From Perna viridis (Eukaryota): a stretch of 64,000 nucleotides of DNA. Below, one piece after another: positions 60,101 through 64,000 of the stretch. Position numbers and translations under genes: made by a program. The notes beneath the pieces were generated by a model. The model saw nothing but the letters and a program-made list of their open reading frames with translations, ran no database searches and was not told the DNA's origin. Where the stretch lies: positions 16,554,001 to 16,618,000 of the forward strand of contig CM074511.1 of NCBI GenBank assembly GCA_037379345.1, in the 5' to 3' direction. Position 1 is the stretch's first letter. Each line of letters starts with the position of its first letter.

Positions 60101-63100
60101 ATTGTAACATACATTTATACAGAATTATACTTTGTTGTGATACTTTACTACATTTTATCTGGTCATGACCTTTCCTTTTTAATTCAATTGATTTCTCTTA
60201 TTTGGATAAGATGAGATATCGGACAGTATTAAGTTAATATATTTACTACTGTTCAAAACTCTTTTTGATACAGAACAAGCGGTTGAGATTAACAATAAAA
60301 ATAACACGAATTCTTTCTTTTGCATTATTTTGGATTTTTTATTTACGATTTGAGCACTAAATATCCGACTTTTATCTTTGTACCTAATTTACCAGTATAC
60401 CAAATGCACTTATGCAAATAAATCATTAATGGGCATTAAACCCTACTTCCTGAGTAATGCATTTTGCAAATGATAAAATTAGTATTGATGATTTCTGGAG
60501 ACTGATTAGTATGAGACTTTTTTGTCTTGTTTCCGAATCCTCTGTTTAAGGAGGTAGACTTAGAGCAAGGGAAATAACTCTTGAAATCAGTGATATGCTT
60601 TTCTATTACACCAAAGCCTTTCAAACTTTCCTATGAAACAGTATGAAATCAGTCCGAGGTACTTAGATTCTTACCTGAGATTCAGATGTTAAATGTTGAA
60701 TACAAACGTTCCAATGATTTGTAAGAGTTGTTTCCCTTGCCCTAGGTCTACCATAATGTATAGTACATTTGACTCCATTTTAAATTGATTAATAAATGTG
60801 TTTACACTAAACAGATTAAGGCAAGAAAATGAAAAATGGTATTATTTGTTGAAAGATGGTCAATCGATTGAAAACTTCCCATCTCGCATAACATCAGAAC
60901 GAATGCAAGATTTTTTATTTATAGGTTCATGTATCATCCATTGAGATCCAATGTTCAAGTGATCGGACTAAAATATGACAAGCTCATATCAAATGACATG
61001 TTATGAATTAACTCCTTGCTTGAAGCAGAATACTATAAAATTATGAACACCAAGAAACAAATTTCGCATCTCTACTTAAATGTAATGCTCTCTTTGCGAT
61101 TGCAATATATTGTCCCATCAGGATATGAGTGAAATGACATATTTTATCACGGATACATATTTAAGTGTGTGAGGTCGTACTATATGGCTTGCAGGTTTCA
61201 AGTAAAGAATTCAAAGCATAGTAACTTTAATACCTTCTCTGTCAGTGTCAAACATAAACACTTCAACATGTTACAAAGATGTACATTATATAATATTTCT
61301 TTGATATTTTCTTTTTGTAAGTGACAGGGTTCAATTGACCTCAGGGCGCGTTTGATTATTTCACCACCTACAAAGTTATGATAAAACAAATGAAATCTTC
61401 GTAATACAAGATAATTATGTTTACTCAAAAGAATCTTCAGTGTATAAATATAATTTCCTCAACACAAATGTTATCGTTTTCCATTATTTATAATGCAAGA
61501 TGTATTTTACAGACTGGTATATCAAAGCAGATTTGATTTCTGGAGTTGTGTTTATTGTGAGGTTATTTGTATAATGTTTAATGGGAAACTTTTGCGGAAG
61601 GACTTGCAATGCATTAATGAACAGCGAGAAAAAAAAGGATATTTTAGCGTCATGCTTCTTTATTTTCAGTTTTAAATTACATAAGAACTAATTGGTCAAG
61701 CGAGTGAGATACGTATAACTTTATCAATTAATACTTTAATTAAGCAATCAAAACATATAAATCGTGTAATAAATACTTTTTTGCATTCGATTGGAGTGCT
61801 TTTGGCCAAATTGTTCCCCCATTTTAAATCAGTTTCTATGGCTCTATGATTTTTTTCGAATTTTTATTTTGTGAGAGAATGGCGGCCACTTTTTAAATTT
61901 TATGTGACCGATAGGAAGCCCTTGTTGAGGCCTATTTTTAAATCTAGTATGAACTTTCTACGACTTTTTGTTATTTTATGACTATTTAAAAAAAATGCAC
62001 ATCTACATGCGGTGGTCCATTTTTGTGTCAAGTTTGATTTCAATCCATTTAGCCGTTTATATATGTATATAAACATGACAAACTAGTTTTGTCTCATATT
62101 GTATTATGTGCTTTTAAGTGTTAAATCAATTCAGTAACTGTTACTAATCATTGTACGAAGTTGATGGAAATGTGTTTTTTAACTATGCTTTATAAGTATC
62201 AAACGTGTTCTTCAAGATTGCATATCAGATTGTTTTCTTTCAAATTTTGTGTATAGTTGATTTTTAAGACTTATCATAGAGACAAATAAAGTTTTAGCGT
62301 TTATAGTTGACCTTGCACATGTACTCTTGCATTCTCTGCCACAGAAAGACTAATAACTCGCAAACACTGGTTGTAGATTTACCAGACATAACTTGAATTA
62401 TTGGGAACAAATGTACGAATAGTATGTATGTCATGTGTCTTTAATCATGTTTACAAATGTCTTACTGTTAACCAGACATAACTTGAATTATTGGAATCAA
62501 ATGTACGAATAGTATGTATGTCATGTGTCTTTAATCATGTTTACAAATGTCTTATTGTTAACCAGATATAACTTGAATTATTGAGAACAAATGTACGAAT
62601 AGTATGTATGTCATGTGTCTTTAATCCTGTTTACAAATGTCTTAATGTTAACCAGACATAACTTGAATTATTGAGAACAAATGTACGAATAGTATGTATG
62701 TCATGTGTCTTTAATCATTTTTACAAATGTCTTACTGTCCTGTATAAGTAATAAACTGAATCAATTTTGTAGGAAATGATTCCAGCAATAAACGTGGACC
62801 ATCATATAATGAAGAAAAAAGGAGAGAGGAAAAACGTACCAGAGACACTGTAATAATTGCAGGTTCTCTTGTCAGTACTGTTTCGTTCATTCTTGTCATA
62901 TGTTGGGTAACATATTGTTGTTGGAAAAGGCGGCATCCGTCAGATTCGAACAGATCTCAAACAGCAGGAAGTGCTACGTCTTCATCGACGCCAAAATCGG
63001 AAGGTAGACGTTACCACATATGATTTTGCTTTCAAATTTACGAAAAAAAATAACATTAAATTTAAAATATGTCCTGATAAAAGTTGTAATCCAGGACATT

Positions 63101-64000
63101 GTGAAATTCTATTTGAGTTATGACCTACTCAAAATGTTAAATGTTAAGGGAGTAACGTAAACAATATATCCCTCAGCAGGTAATTTTAAATTGAGAATTC
63201 TAACTTAGCTGAATAATGAGTTGAGATAAGTATCATCTTCCTGTCAGTCTGTTGCATAACACATTTTTCCGTATTACATAACTAAGTGATGAAGAAAGAG
63301 ATAAAGATGATCTTGTGTCTGTTATAATCAAAAGTTACACAAATTAAGTAAAAACCCCATAGGATTTTAATAGTAGATCGGTTACATTTCCGTGTAAACT
63401 GAAAATTCACATTGGATTTCAAAAGAGTACTTGACAGGAATTGCTCAATTTTCACACTCGTATGGAAATTTTAACTTAATGCCGTAGGTCGTTTTGATAA
63501 ACAAGACCGTTTATCAAACATATTCAAAGCGTTTTCAACTTTTATTCATTTTTGGTACGTTATGGTTGAATGTGGTTTAAGGGCATTGCAATAGAAGGTT
63601 TTATTTCAGAGAACGGCGTATATTGAATGTTGATTTGAAGTTAATTTACACCTGCTTTTTTGATCAGTTAATGTGTATTTCAATACTAACCGTTCGCCAT
63701 TTTATGAGTTTTGTCAGATGAACGTGTTACAACAACAATTATCATTAGACAAATAATGAATATTGTTTTAAAACATATTAACGCCAATGTAAGTATTTCA
63801 AAAGTTTCTAAAACAAATATAGAAGTTGTTACCATTTTCAGCATCAAGCCATAGACCAGGTCAATATACCACATATACTGCAACGGGAACGACAACTCAA
63901 CAGTATCCTCAGCCTCAGTGTAGACCATATTTACAACAAAAACCATCAAACCCTTATGTAAATGCATACAACTACCCACAAAGGTCAAATCAAGACAGGT
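57149..64000 (+). CDS. Uncharacterised type I membrane protein: signal/hydrophobic N-terminus, Cys-containing CUB-like ectodomain, TM, Pro/Gln/Tyr-rich tail (3' partial)
   Basis: The exons are phase-consistent: 57149-57263 (MRRQFRKHPVFWSSTVNIICFGIVYFVNGCSC...), 58624-58865 (LNASDVNTCK...CEINF...CVSLCVRV...CDFQMTYYDG...EK), 59593-59746 (SFNCHSFPPILWCSRKNEIKIAF...GYDITLEVTSYC), 62773-63003 (TM VIIAGSLVSTVSFILVICWVTYCCW then KRR) and 63842-end (ASSHRPGQYTTY...QQYPQPQ...NPYVNAYNYP). The CUB assignment is by eye only. Confidence 0.8.
62381..62738. repeat. Intronic tandem repeat, 90-bp unit x4
   Basis: accaga(c/t)ataacttgaattattg...cttactgtta starts at 62381, 62471, 62561 and 62651, and the copies are nearly identical. 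Confidence 0.97.

Noticed and set aside
63686-63988. 100-aa hydrophobic minus-strand ORF
   Set aside because: It is antisense to the Pro/Gln/Tyr-rich exon starting at 63842 and has no independent motif support.

Overview
AT-rich, intron-containing animal genomic DNA, most likely a bivalve mollusc. That assignment is an inference from the Helentron/HINE-like repeats, the abundant TACATGTA motif and an LXRX-like precursor. I rebuilt the gene models by hand from GT-AG sites and reading frames. (1) A single-coding-exon type II membrane protein with two class I SAM-methyltransferase-like domains (5950-7830). (2) Three paralogous secreted 10-Cys prokineticin/colipase-fold peptide genes (19974-22465 +, 24119-26505 +, 28688-30696 -). 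The ORF track reads the third one's mature-peptide exons in the wrong frames. All three have a predicted Gln N-terminus and an internal (K/R)R-F-L site. (3) A secreted precursor with ten L-x-(R/K)-x-KR repeats, resembling LXRX neuropeptide precursors (36427-37607). (4) A multi-exon SLC6 amino-acid-type transporter with unusual TM6/TM7 residues and an alternative PDZ-ligand last exon (about 38860-50722). (5) A type I membrane protein with a divergent CUB-like ectodomain that runs off the window end (57149-64000). The rest is transposon debris (L1-like ORF1, CR1-like LINE, IS3EU-like integrase fragment, MITEs, HINEs), tandem repeats, and a ~1.2 kb repeat whose inverted copies bracket the whole peptide cluster. 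I saw no rRNA, tRNA or CRISPR array. The best candidates for undescribed biology are the internally cleavable prokineticin-fold peptide cluster and the Golgi-type tandem methyltransferase.
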